Shown here: piece by piece, positions 38,030 through 51,072 of the stretch
How positions within the stretch are numbered: position 1 is the stretch's first letter
How the letters are laid out: every line of letters starts with the position of its first letter
Origin: Squalus acanthias
Lineage: Eukaryota
Direction of reading: 5' to 3'
DNA: 64,000 nucleotides
Assembly (NCBI GenBank): GCA_030390025.1
Contig: CM059432.1
Span: forward strand, 149,732,001 to 149,796,000
The notes under the pieces: generated by a model
Database searches by the model: none
Told to the model about the DNA's origin: nothing
The model's input: the letters and a program-made list of their open reading frames with translations, nothing else
Position numbers and translations under genes: made by a program

Positions 38030-38800
38030 GGAACAAAGGGGAAGAAGGGAATTGGGGAGAAGAAAGGTCAGAAATCCGTACGTACAGAAACTGAAAGAAT
38101 AAAAAAATGAACAAATAAAATAAATTAATAAGAAAAAAAGAAAGAAAGAATTTTGATTTTAAAAAAAATAACAACTGAAGGAATCAGGAGAAAAATAACC
38201 TGGAAAGAAACAGTAAAGAATCAGTGAGAAAGAATCGGAAGGATTCAATAAAAAACAAAAAGCATCATTAAAAAGAAAAGAATCCGTAAAATGAAACGAA
38301 GGAATTGGTAAAAAAAAAGGGAGAAAATGAAACTAAGAATTAGAAAAAAAAAGGGAATTGAAAAAAACAGAAGGAATAAGTTTAATGCAAAGGAATCACA
38401 AAGAAGTAGAAATAGAATCAGGAAAAAAGCAGATGGAAGTGATAAAAACGAATCAGTAAAAAAAGGAATCGATAATAATAGAGAGCGAAGGAATCAGTAA
38501 AAAACAGAAGAAATCAGTAAAAAAGAGGAATCAGCACAATGAAGAGGGAATCACTAAAATCAGCAATAACATCAAATAAAAAAGGAATCTGTACATTTCG
38601 AAGGAACCTGTAAAATAAATAGAAAAGAGAGAGAATGAGTCAAAAAACAAAGCAACAGAAACAACGAGTACAAATCAGTTAAACAACAGAAGGAAGCAAT
38701 GCATAAAAATAAACAAGGACTAAGGAATCAGCAAACCAGAGAAACAAAGGGCATCAGTAACAAGACACCAAATCATAGCAAGAAAAGTCCCAGCAAAAAT
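38030..38800. repeat. A-rich degenerate repeat with recurrent (AAG)GAATC(AG) motif
   Basis: Directly visible. Confidence 0.8.
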
Positions 38801-39127
38801 GAAGATTTGCTGCTATTTGGGTATATGTTTACAAATTGGTGCTCTCAATCACCGAGCTCTGTCCACCTGGAGGACAGATCAGCAATTTGAGGATGGAGGT
38901 CAATGGGCCCTGCAGAATCTTTCTGCCCACCATGAGATTCGCCAAATTTACCCTCTTGAGTAAGCATATCTAAAAGCTTTTTCATAAAATACTGTAAATA
39001 AAATCAATCGGAATGTTTTACCCTCAAGTCGTTAATACGGCAGACTGTCACCTCCAGTTTCTATGTATGGCTAATGGCAAAGAGCCTCACCCCAAGGTCC
39101 AGGCGTGATGCTTGCAGTTTTATCAAT

Positions 39128-39580
39128 GTACGAGATGATGGACTTCAGTTACGTGGATAGACTGTAGAAGCTGGGGATGTTCTCCGTGGAGCAGAGAAGA
39201 TTGAGAGGAGATTTGATAGAGCTTTTCAAAATCATGAGGGGTCTGGACAGAGTAGATAGAGCGAAACTGTTCCCATTGGCAGAAGGGTCGAGAACCAGAG
39301 GACACAGATTTAAGGTGATTGGCAGAAGAACCAAAGGCGACATGAGGAAAAACTTTTTTACTCAGCGAGTGGTTAGGATCTGGAATGCACTGCCTGAAAG
39401 GGGTAGAGACAGACTCAATCACAGCTTTCAAAAGGGAATTGGATAAGTACCTGAAGGAAATTTTTTTGCAGGGCTACGGGGAAAGGGCGGGGGAGTGGGA
39501 CTAGCTGAAGTGCTCTTGCAGAGAGCCAGCACGGGCTCGATGGGCCGAATGACCTCCTTCGTTGCTGTAACCATTCTATG
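39128..39580 (+). mobile_element. CR1 3' fragment
   Basis: EQRRLRGDLIELFKIMRGLDRVD..FFTQRVVRIWNALP. Confidence 0.93.
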
Positions 39581-39880
39581 CAACATCCCCACCGACACCT
39601 GGGAATCCCTGGCCCAAGACCGCACAAAGTGGAGGAGAAGCATCCGGAAAGGCGCCGAACACCTCGAGTCTCTTCGCCGGGAGCAAGCGGAAGCCAAGTG
39701 CAAACAGCGGAAGGAACGCACGTCAACCCAAGCACCCCACCCACCCGCCCCTTCAAACACCGTCTGTCCCACCTGTGACAGAGACTGTAGGTCCCGCATT
39801 GGACTCATCAGTCACCCGAGAACTCATTTTTAATGTGGAAGCAAGTCATCCTCGGTTCCGAGGGACTGCCTAAGAGAGAG
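39581..39880 (+). mobile_element. RTE-clade LINE 3' fragment in a CR1 tail
   Basis: Near-identical to 35929-36240 in reverse; 12-bp TSD aaccattctatg at 39569-39580 and 39881-39892. Confidence 0.92.
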
Positions 39881-42540
39881 AACCATTCTATGAACTGCAC
39901 ATACCTGGAAAATTAGCCCGTGGCATTGTTCAAACGGAATTGGATATGAGGAAAAGGCAAGGACATGGGATTAAAGTCGGTAGCTCCAGTTCAACAGCTT
40001 GTGTGGGCACAGACACAATGGGCCAAATGGCCTCCGACTATTATGATTCTAGGAACGAGACATGGTGCTGTTTGGCTTCACTTCTGGGAACTGGCCCGGA
40101 CTGATGGGATTAAAACCCTTTGCCCATTGACTGTAAGTACTGAGCAGAAGATAGATTAAGCAGTAGTTCCTGGGATCTGAGCATAACCTGTCTTGCGAAC
40201 AGGCATGATATTTGCCATCTGCCATCCCAGTTTCTGTTTCTCTAGACCAATTATTAATGAACGGGACATGTGTTGACAATTATTTTGGTAAGCACCTGTT
40301 AAGGATGGATTTCACTAGCACTATTGTCTCATTCACATAAATAGCAACGAATGATATTATTAAAGGAGCCTTGGCCCTGAATTCCTGCCTCCTAGAGTGG
40401 CCTGGGATCTTCGGCGCAGTGAGATTTCCACTCGGCCTTTAATTGCCCCTGACGCTGGTCCATTTCTGGTAAGTATTCAGCCTATTTACGATGCCGCCCT
40501 CCCAGGTGGGGGACAGGAGGGCACTGCAGTGTAAGTGGGCCTCCACAGTTTTATTCAAGTTTCCAGTTCTCTATTATGCCGGTTTCTCTCTGCAGGCATT
40601 CTGTTATTATCCAATCAGTTCTCTTTGTCTTCACAGAAGGAGGTGTGCCTGCCCCACTGCCACCAGAAATTATGACTGGAGGAAAAGAGTAGAACTGGCG
40701 GAAATCAGGGTTGGGGCGCAACCAAGGGATGGGCGGAGGTCCCGCCCCAGATTCCACCCCTGAATGCGCATATTATAATGTCTTTACACCAATTTAAGGG
40801 AGGAAATTTGGGGTCGTTCCATTGTCTTTATTTTAAAATCCATTATCTAGTAGAGACTTGCAAACAAAATAGAAGCCCAGAAATTTCAGTTGGCAATAGA
40901 GCCATAGAAGTCCATAGCACAGTTCAGCCCATTATGTCTGTACCTGTACTTTGCTTGAGTAATCTAAAACTAATCCCACTGCCCGACAATCAGTCTGGAA
41001 TCACAACTTTCTGTAACTCAACATTGGGAAGACTAAGGCCTTCATCTTTGACCCCCATCAGAAATTCTGCTCCTTTACCAGCACTTCCTCACCCTCTTCC
41101 ACCTCCGCTCCATTGCTGCAGCAGCTTAAACCAGTCTATTTCCAACCATTAATGTCTTGTTTGAATCTGATCTCATTTTCTAAACATGAATGCAAGTTCC
41201 CTTAAAAGATGCAATGATGTCTGCCTCATCTACTCAATACTAGTGAACGAATGCTTGGCAGGTTTAGAAGACATTCTTCTTTTTAACTTGTTCTCAGGAT
41301 GTGGGCGGCATTGGCAAAGTTACATTTATTGCCCATCCTTCGTTGTCCTGAGACAGTGTGGTCGACCTTCTTCTTAGTGTGTATAACTGAGTGGCTTCCG
41401 AGGCCACTTCATGTAATGTGGGCTGAAGTCGCATATCGACCAAAACTGGGTATTGGAGGCAGGTTATCTTCCCTGAAAGACATTAGTGAACCCGTTGGGT
41501 TTTTATGACAATCTAGCAGCTTTCATGGTTAATTTTTCTGGTGCCAGCCTACAAATTATCAGATTTATTTAATTCAATCTCACAACTGGCATGGTGGGAT
41601 TTGAACTCATAAGCTCGGTAGTCAAATGCCATAACCACTACTCTACTGTACTCTTTTACAGGCTTCTATTTAAATGCAGGTTTTAATCCATTGATTTTAA
41701 ATGGGTTAATGTCTGTGATTAAAATCATGGACCAAGGAATGTCATACAAATGAGTTACGCATTGGTCCGGTCACAGCAATAGTCATTTCTAGCTGTAAGC
41801 AAGACACTGCTATAATAGAGTATTTATAATTCTTGAAGACTGTAGGATTAACTGTTAAAGTCCAATGTAAGGGATTAGTAGTTTAAGTAATGCTTTCATG
41901 TGCAAGCATATGCTGTAGTTTTCATCGGATTTCTGATAGTCTTCATCAGCGTGAACATATATTCCTCTCGTGATGTTATGTTAATTTACTGGTGAAACTG
42001 TTCAATTGGACGCTACCATCACCAAGCTGTTTCAGCAATCTTCGTCGGACCAGGACTTGATGTTTCATGCAAATGTATTTGTGTTTCGAATAAAGCGAGG
42101 AATGTTTTCTCAGTAATCTGAGATTTAAAAATCGATGACCATTTGATGACTCCTGTATCATTCTTAACCAAGTTACCATCGCATGGCCTTCTACCAAAGT
42201 TCTGTTAATGACTATATAGTTAGATCACTCTATCTGTTTTGTAAATGATGAATCATCTTTTCCCATTAACTTAGGAGTTCTCCAGGGTCCTATCCTATCT
42301 CCCACACTGTTCCATCTTCATATTAGTTGCCTCGTCTGGCCCTTTCCTTTCTGTTTATGTAATTCTACATTCATCGAATTGCAAAGAATTTACAGCACAG
42401 TAACAGGCCATTCAGCCCAACTGGCCTCGGCCCGTGTGTATGCTCCACAGGAGCCTCCTCCCACCTTACTTCACCTCACTCTATCAACATAGCAGGTGAT
42501 CTGAAGAAATCTGATAACTTCATTTCACGTAAGACACGAG

Positions 42541-43355
42541 GGGCGCGATCTTGCCAGCCCTGGGGAGGTGGGTTAGGAGGCGGGACTGCCGGGAAAATGG
42601 CAGAATTTGGGGGCGGGTGCCCAACCCGCCTCCGTGCCATCTTCCCAGGAGGCGGGTAGCCGTTCCGCGCCGGGTCCCGTCTCCTTGGAGGCGGGAAGGG
42701 ATTAAAGCCTATTAACTGCCTGTTAACAGGTAGTTAACAGGCAGAAAATAGGATTATCCCCTTTTTGCCCTCAGAAGTGCGGGCTTCCCGAAGGCTCCGA
42801 AACCCGCCAGGGTCTGCGGGGGTCGGAGGGGTCCAAAAATGTGCTGTGAAGGTAAGTGATGGGTGCAAGTGTGGAGAGGTGAGTATCTGAGGTAAGTGCA
42901 AAGTGTTAGTAAAAGTTTACTTACCTTTGTTTCTTCCTGCAGGCTTCAGTCGGTGGGTATGTGGAGAGTCTCGCACCTCCGCGGTAGAGATGACAGGTGG
43001 TCGTTGCATTCTCCAATGCAGCAACCATCTAATTTCTGCAAAAGAAAAATGTTTGATGAGGTCTTGTATTCAAGAACTCATCAAACTACAGAGAATGTCA
43101 GTGTTTGACAGCTTCTCAGAGCTGTCAAACGATGACAGTTCATCTGTCAAAAATTTTTGACAGATGAAACGTCACACGCTGACGTTCTCTGCAACCGGCT
43201 TCCCCTTAATTGGCCGGCTAAACCCACTGGGCGGGCTTAACAAGGTCAATCAAGGGAAGATAGCGTGGGTTGGCCAGAAGTTGATGGAGGCGGGACTGAA
43301 ACCCGACAAGTGGGAGTCCCGCCTCCAAAAGCTCCCCATTGGATAAATCCAGCCC
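42541..43355. mobile_element. Harbinger-type non-autonomous element
   Basis: Ends gggcgcgatcttg / ataaatccagccc; 3-bp TSD GAG; inverted homolog of 59874-60710. Confidence 0.8.
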
Positions 43356-43849
43356 GAGGCGTGCAAAACCCGACCAGCGAAAGTTAACTTCAAAATAGAG
43401 GTTAAAGCAGAGGCTCCCAGCCTCATTATAACATTTAAGTCAATGACCTGCCTCCTGGCAGCGGATTGGCTGTCCAGCCCCCGTTCCGCCTCCATTAAAA
43501 CCAGAAATGGGCGGGTTGGAGGCGGGGTCTGGTTGGGATTCAGATTTTTAACACTTTAACTTCCCATCCGTTTTATTAGGTAACAATTTCCCCCTTAAAG
43601 GCAGCACTTTCATCCCGTCAGGCTGGGGTGATTCTGACCTCGGGTCCCAGAGCTGGAAGGTCACGGTCTAGCCCATTGAGCCATCCACTTCCCTTTACCA
43701 GGTGTTAAAATCATAGCTGGCCTTTTATTGCAAAAAGGAAATGTATTGTTTGAAGCTGTTTCCTCTTTTGCATTTGCACATAATTCTAATGCCCAGAGGC
43801 AAAGATTTATAGAAATAGAAGTAACATAGCCTCAGCAAATATTGAGTCA

Positions 43850-46462
43850 TCGACATTGACTCCGGACCCCATGAAGGTCAAACATAGGCAAGGAAACTTC
43901 CTGCTGATTACCACCTACTGCCCTCCCTCAGCTGATGAGCCAGTACTCCATGTTGAACACCACTTGAGGGTAGCAAGGGCTCAGAATGTACTCTGTGTGG
44001 GGGACTTCAATATCCATCACCAAGAGTGGCTCGGTAACCCCACTACTGACCGAGCTGGCCGAGTCCTGAAGGACAATAACTGCCAGTCTGGGCCTGCGAC
44101 AGGTGATGAGAGAACCAACACGATGAAAAACCTACTTGACCTCGTTCTAACCAATCTATCTGTCATAGATGCATTTTTTCATGACAGAATTGGTAGCAGT
44201 GACCACCGCACAGTCATTGTGGAGACAAAGTCCCGTCTTCACACTGAGGACACCCTCCATCGTGTTGTGTGGCATTATCACCGTGCTAAATAGGATAGAT
44301 TCAGAACAGGTCTATGAAATCAAAAATGGGCATCCATGAGACGCTGTGGGCCATCAGCAGCAGCAGAATTTTATACCACCACAATCTGTAACCTCATGGC
44401 CTATCCGGCATATCCCACACTCTACCATTACCATCAAGCCAGGGGACCAACCCTGGTTCAATAAGGAGTGTAGAAGAGCATGCCAGGAGCAGCACCAGGT
44501 GTACCTAAAAATGAGGTGCCAACCTGGGGAAGCTGCAACACAGGACTGCATGCATGCTAAACAGCAGAAGCAGCATGCTATAGACAGGGCTGAGCAATCC
44601 CACAACCAACGGATCAGATCAAAGCTCTGCAGTCCTGCCACATCCAGTCGTGAATGGTGGTGGACAATTAAACAACTAACAGGAAGAAGAGGATCCATGA
44701 ACATCCCCATCCTCAATGATGGTGGAGCCCAGCACGTGAGTGCAAAAGACAAGGCTGAAACATTTCCAACCATCTACAGCCAGAAGTGCCGAGTAGTTGA
44801 TCCATCTCGGCCTCCTCCTGAGGTCCCCACCATCACAGAAGCCAGTCTTTGGCCAATTTGATTCACTCCACGTGATAGCAAGAAATGGCTGAGAGCACTG
44901 GATCCAGCAAAGGCTACAGGCTCCAACAATATCCCGGCTGTAGTGCTGAAGACTTGTGCTCCAGAATGAGCTGTGCCACTAGCCAGGCTGTTCCAGTACA
45001 GCTACAACACTGGCATTTACCTGACCAAGTGGAAAATTGCCCAGGTATGTCCTATCCACAAAAAGCAGGACAAATCCAATCCAGCCAATTACAGCCCCAT
45101 CATTCTACTCTCAATCATCAGCAAAGTGTTGGAACCTGTCATCGACAAAGCTATCAAGCGGCACTTACTCACCAATAACCTGCTCACTGATGCTCAGTTC
45201 GGGTTCCGTCAGGACCACTTGGCTCCAGACCTCATTGCAGCCTTGGTCCAAATATGGACAAAAGAGCTGAATTCTGGAGGTGAGGTGAGAGTGACTGCCC
45301 TTGACATCAAGGCAGCATTTGACTGAGTGTGGCATCAAGGAGCCCGAGTAAAACTGAAGTCAATGAGAATCGGGGGAAAACTCTCCACTGGCTGGAGTCA
45401 TACCTAGCACAAAGGAAGATGGCTGTGGTTGTTGGAAGCCAATTATCTCAGCCCCAGGACATCGCGGCAGGAGTTCCTCAGGGCAGTGTCCTAGGCCCAA
45501 CCATCTTCAGCTGCTTCAATGACCTTCCCTCCAACATAAGGTCAGAAATGGGGATGTTCGCTGATGACTGCACAGTGTTCAGTGCCATTCGCAGCTCTTC
45601 AGATAATGAAGCAGTCCATGCCCTCATGCAACAAGACCTGGACGACATTCAGGCTTGGGCTGATAAGTGGCAAGTAACATTCGCGCCACACAAGTGCCAG
45701 GCAACAACTATCTCTAACAAGAGAGAGTCTAACCACTGCCCCTTGACATTCAACAGCATTACTATCACGGAATCCCCCACCATCAACAGCCTGGGGCTCA
45801 CCATTGACCAGAAACTTAACTGGACCAGCCACATAAATACTGTGGCAACAAGAGCAGGTCAGAGGCTGGGTATTCTGCGGTGTGTGTCTCACCTCCTGAC
45901 TCCCTAAATCCTTTCCACCATCTACAAGGCACAAGCCAGGAGTGTGATGGAATACTCTCCACTTGCCTGGATGAGTGCAGTTCCAACAACACTCAAGAAG
46001 CTCAACACCATCCAGGACAAAGCAGCCCGCTTGATCGGCACCCCATCCACCACCTTAAACATTCACTCCCTCCACCACCGGCGCACCGTGGCTGCAGTGT
46101 GTACCATCTACAAGCTGCACTGCAGCAACTCACCAAGGCTTCTTCAGCAGCACCTCCCAAACCCGCGACCTCTTCCACCTAGAAGGACAAGGGCAGTAGG
46201 CGCATGGGAACACCACCACCTGCAACTTTGTCTCCAAGTCACACACCATCCTGACTTGGAAATATTTTGCCATTCCTTCATCGTCACTGGGTCAAAATCC
46301 TGGAACTCCCTCCCTAACAGCACTGTGGGAGTACCTTCACCACACGGGCTGCAGCGGCTCAAGATGGCGGCTCACCACCACCTTCTCAAGGGCAATTCGG
46401 GATGGGCAATAAATGCTGGCTTTGGTAGCGACGTTCACATCCTGTAAGTGAATAAAAAAAAG
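43850..46462 (+). mobile_element. LINE family B (CR1/L2-group; endonuclease, RT, 3' end), frameshifted
   Basis: VGDFNIHH, SDHRTV, ANYSPIILLSIISKV, QFGFRQ, ALDIKAAFD, PQGSVLGP and FADD; ends aataaaaaaa. Confidence 0.92.
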
Positions 46463-47259
46463 ATAAAGGAGGTTTTTGAGGACAGGCAGGGAGGTGTCAC
46501 AAGTGGAGATGCGGAGGGGAAATCGGCTGAAAGAACAACCATCGAAAGTGTAGCAGCAAGTACAGAGGACTGGAGGCTGCCTGATGTACCAAATGGCTGG
46601 AGAAGGCTGTTGCATTTTGACTCTGTTCCCCCCTTCTTATCCTAGATACTTTGCCTTCTGCATTTTAGATTATTGTCATAATGACACCAAGAGTACCATC
46701 ACTGACCCTGTTGGTAGGTAAGGTTGTTAGGTACGTGCCCAGGATAATCAATTGCTCGAGCTAATGGATCTAACCTGTCCTTCCACAGGACCCTCCTCAC
46801 ATTTTTGAAAAGCAGTAGAGCATCATATTAGACCGTGTTATAGACTTGAACAAGCAAATTCATTGAACAAAATATGAACAAGCGAATACCTAACAGTAAT
46901 ATAATACACACACACATATATATATATATTTATAGTAAAAATTACACTAAACAGCTTGTTAAATGAAAAACAACAACTGGTCACAATCTATATGCTAAGT
47001 TGTAATTTGTAATTAACCTTTGTCTACATATTGTTCTTTTCCTCTTCTAGCCTTTCCAACTAGCCCAAGCTAAAGTGGTCTAACCTTTCACTGAAGGTTT
47101 CAATCAAGTCGACGCAACTGAACTCAACTCAGTCACTTGAACAACTCAGCATATTTAAATACCTCTCAAACACTTGCTGGGACTTGGTTTTAAATAACTG
47201 TTGGCCAGATTCAAAAGTAACTGCATAGTTATGCATAGTTGAGCAAGTAACACATAATA

Positions 47260-47760
47260 GGGTAGATTTTTCAGGGTGTTAGGATCACCTGGACAGAGTG
47301 TAGAAAGGAAAATCCGTCAGATTCTGTGAGGGGAGTGCGATCCTAGCCACCAGATTTTCCGTCCTATTCTCTGCCAAGGCCCAGATGGGAAAGGTGAAAA
47401 CCAACGCCCCCCCCATTTGCTCATTTTCTCCCTCAAGCTTTGAAGATAGACCAACAAAGCCTTGCAGTATTTGTACCGAATAAGGCTGGGTACATAACTC
47501 TGACTATTATAAATGCCTTCAGTTGGATTTGCCTCTTATTGAACCTGGATATAAAGGATCACTTTGCTGCAGCACAGAGAGAAGAATCAGACGGGGTGGG
47601 GGGGGCTACATGTGTTTGATGGAGTTGCTGAACTTTCCGCCCATTTCAGTGAATCGATGAAAAGTTGCAGTCGCGCGATTTCCCCCGCTCGATATTCCTC
47701 TAGGTATTGCACCCAGGTGATCCTTGACACCCAGGCACAATAACAGGAAAATCTGGCCCC
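47260..47760. mobile_element. Harbinger-type MITE
   Basis: Ends gggtagattttt / aaaatctggcccc. Confidence 0.55.
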
Positions 47761-47822
47761 TCCTTGTCTTGTGACTGTGTTGAGAACTGCTACATCGCTT
47801 TGACTAAAAGAAAGGCTTCATC

Positions 47823-49391
47823 GGCCTGGATTCTGCGGTAAGAATAATGGTGAGGCTATCAGCACATGTAAAAATCAGTAGAAATCAGTAAGTTGCTGTC
47901 TGAGTTGCCCTGCCCTTCCACAAGCTTTGCTACACCGGTACCTCACCAAAAGATTTGGCATTCAAACACATGAAGGGTGTGAAGATGCAGCACTTACCCA
48001 CTAGATAACACAAAAGACCAGAATTAGGGCTTGTCCATTCAAGTGTAAGTTAATTTTTAACGGCGTAATAAATCTTAATTTCTGCCAGACAACCTCTCTG
48101 GCACTGAAAATTAACTTGTACAAATGTGGAGTCTCATTCATTCAGACCTTAATTATTGTTGGAGATTTAAAAAACTTGAAAAATTAAAATGATTTATTTT
48201 TTAACTTTTTCTTTCTGTCTCTTTTATCTCTCTCTCTTAATCCCATCTTTCTTTCACTCTCTTTATTTCGCTTTCTGTACATGATTTGACATTCCTGGCT
48301 GAGACTCTTGTCTCAGTAAGGATTCTTCAGTCTGATTGGTTAAGAAGGCTTGCCCTGTTCGCACAGGTCCCAGATCCCCTGTAGAGGGTGCTGTGCTGTT
48401 TTGACTCTCTAATAACTAGGGGGGAGAAATTCAGTATCGCCCCATTTGGGGCGCAATTATCGGCCGGGCGCAAAGATTAGCGCCTGGCGCTAATTATCGC
48501 CACCGACTGCAAACTTGACTTTTATCGCCCCTGGAGGTGATTGGAGCGCTAAATCAGGCGCCTCACACCTGTCTTAAGGCGCAAAGGCCGAGGAGCGAGG
48601 CGCTACCTCAGAGCGCTGGCGAAGCTCATGTAATGTCAGTCAGCAATGGAACACACACACAATGGCACGGGCCTGTTCTTAAAGGGGATGGTTAATCTTG
48701 CTTTCCATCCACATCCTGCTCATTGCAGCCTTGAATCTCGGCCTGGAGAGACCTGCACATCAAATGTGCTAGAAAGAACAATGGAGAGTACCAGGCAAAG
48801 AGCTCAGAGTGCAGCCCCCACAGTCTCTGCTAAATTGATACAAGGAATGGCAAATCAAAATGAACCTGCAAAGTGCTGCTCAGTACCCAAAACTCCTTCA
48901 CACAACGTTGAATCTCTCCAGAAGTCTCTCCCTCTCTCTCTCAGAATGCGTAGTTCAAAAATGGCACCAACAATAAAAGGCAGGAAGCGGTCACCTTTAA
49001 ATGACTGCAGAACGCTCCCCTCAACCTGTCGTTGATAGCGTCAGGCGGTAAGGCAGGGGGCGCCACTGAATATCCGCTCCGGGGCGATACCGGGGCGTTG
49101 CGCACTCGAGTGACGTCACGATCTGCCGGCGCAGGAGATCGTGGCGGTAGTGTTTAGCGCCGCCGCAAAATGTCTAGTTAATTTCGCGAGCAGCGCAAAC
49201 TTCGCCGCGCCTGGGCGCCAGATGCTTTGCGCCTCATTAGCGCCCTCTTAAGGCGCTAACGGGAGGCGCAACCAACTGAATTTTTCCCCCTAGAAGTTCT
49301 AGTGCAAAAGCACACAGAAAGTCTGTGGGCAAGTGTAAGTGTAATGAACGGCTAGCACTGTTGGTTCACCACTGATCGCAAACTCCAGGCC
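47823..49391. mobile_element. Harbinger-type non-autonomous element (host of 48420-49290)
   Basis: TIRs GGCCTGGATTCTGCG / CGCAAACTCCAGGCC; homologous to 59092-59700. Confidence 0.7.
48420..49290. mobile_element. Harbinger-type element nested in the previous one
   Basis: TIRs GGGGGAGAAATTCAGT / ACTGAATTTTTCCCCC (15 of 16); 3-bp TSD TAG. Confidence 0.88.
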
Positions 49392-49419
49392 TTCATTTTT
49401 GCCACAGAGATCATGGAGG

Positions 49420-49660
49420 TAGTGAGGGGGCCGAGGAATATCTGAAGGTGTGTGCAAGGCACAAGAGTCTTATAGTCAATTCTCTGGGACATTGGAAGCC
49501 AGCGGGACTGGAGCTTGGTGAGGACAGAGATGATGGGGACAAGGGCCTTGGTGTGGATGAGGATATGGGCTTCTGGAGCCCAGCAAGGAGAGCTTTGGAG
49601 AAGTCCAGTCATGAGATGATAAAAAAAAATGTGGATTGGAGAGGAGAGGTGGTAGGTAAG
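49420..49660 (-). mobile_element. Old L2 3' fragment
   Basis: IISVLTKL..WLPMSQRIDYKTL motif. Confidence 0.6.
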
Positions 49661-50169
49661 GATGCAGGCAATTCTTATTATTACTTTATGTCCCTCAATA
49701 ATTATACCTGTGAGTCTCCTAAGTCATCAAAAGGTTGGAAATAACAGTCATTGCTTTCACATAATGCCACTGCTTTGCCCAGCTTCCTGGCCATGATTCT
49801 AGCTCCATCTTCTGCTCAGTGCTGTTTTACTGTGATTAAAGTCATTTTAAAGAAGAAAGAAAGAACTTGTGCCCATTAGTACTTTATGGGTTGTGTGCAC
49901 CTCTGAGGTTAAATGTCCTGATGGCACGTTTCTGGTGACCAGCCACACATGCACAGGTCATGATTTCCTCTCCAGATTGGATAACTGTGCCGACGGTTTT
50001 GCTGTGTGTGCGTCCAGTGGGTTCGGCTCCACGCCAGCAAATTTAAAATTTACCCAATTCTGTGCTCACATTGGCTGCCGTGCTTCCCTACTTTACAACA
50101 GTGATTACACTTCAAACATATTTCATTGGCTGCGACATCCTGAAGTTAAAGGCACCAGATAAACGCAAA

Positions 50170-50187
50170 TTCTTTCTTTCATTCTCC

Positions 50188-50220
<33 letters not shown>

Positions 50221-50222
50221 CT

Positions 50223-50253
<31 letters not shown>

Positions 50254-50258
50254 CCCCT

Positions 50259-50297
<39 letters not shown>

Positions 50298-50457
50298 CCC
50301 CTTCTTTCTTTCTTTCTTTCTCCCCTTCTTTCTTTCTTTCTCCCCTTCTTTCTTTCTTTCTTACTTTCTTTCTTTCTTTCTTTCTCCCCTTCTTTCTTTC
50401 TTTCTTACTTTCTTTCTTTCTTTCTCCCCTTCTTTCTTTCTTTCTTTCTTTCTTTCA
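50170..50457. repeat. (TTTC)n microsatellite expanded from a SINE tail (SINE remnant 50055-50175)
   Basis: Directly visible. Confidence 0.95.
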
Positions 50458-50942
50458 TTTCTAATGTTCCTTACTTTAATACAAGAGTCTCTGTTTCCTT
50501 GTTTTCCTTATTTGGTACGTCTAACGTTATTTTCCTGTCTTTGAATATTATTCAACTTTTTACTTTCCCTTTTACTGTTTTTTGGCAATTATACTCAGTT
50601 GCGTACCCATACTTATTAGCTTCTCTCCCTCTCTGCCGAATATCACTTAATTCAATCCTAATTACTGCAGTTATCCTACATGGCGTAGACCATGATTATC
50701 TTAGTGTTGCTTCGACTCATTCCCACAGGCAATTTAAATGGATGAGCCAAATTGACAATGATGCTGAGAGAAACTTTTTTCCTGTGGTGTATTTTCGTGG
50801 TGCAGTAAAGCCTGTAGTCAAGCCGTGCCCTGTAGCTGACAAGATTATTTTGATCTCATTAAGGTTTGCTGTTGCTAGCAGGAAGTATAATACTCCACAG
50901 AGAAGAGCAAAGCTGCCAGGGCTCCTCGCACTATTTTTTATG

Positions 50943-51072
50943 TGGGGTGGGATGGGGTGGGGTGGGATGGGGTGGGGTGGGGGGGGGGGGGATGGGGTGG
51001 GGTGGGGTGGGGTGGGATGGGGTGGGGTGGGATGGGGGGGGGTGGGATGGGGGGGGGGTGGGATGGGGGGGG
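50943..51072. repeat. (GGGGT/GGGAT)n G-rich repeat
   Basis: Directly visible. Confidence 0.95.
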
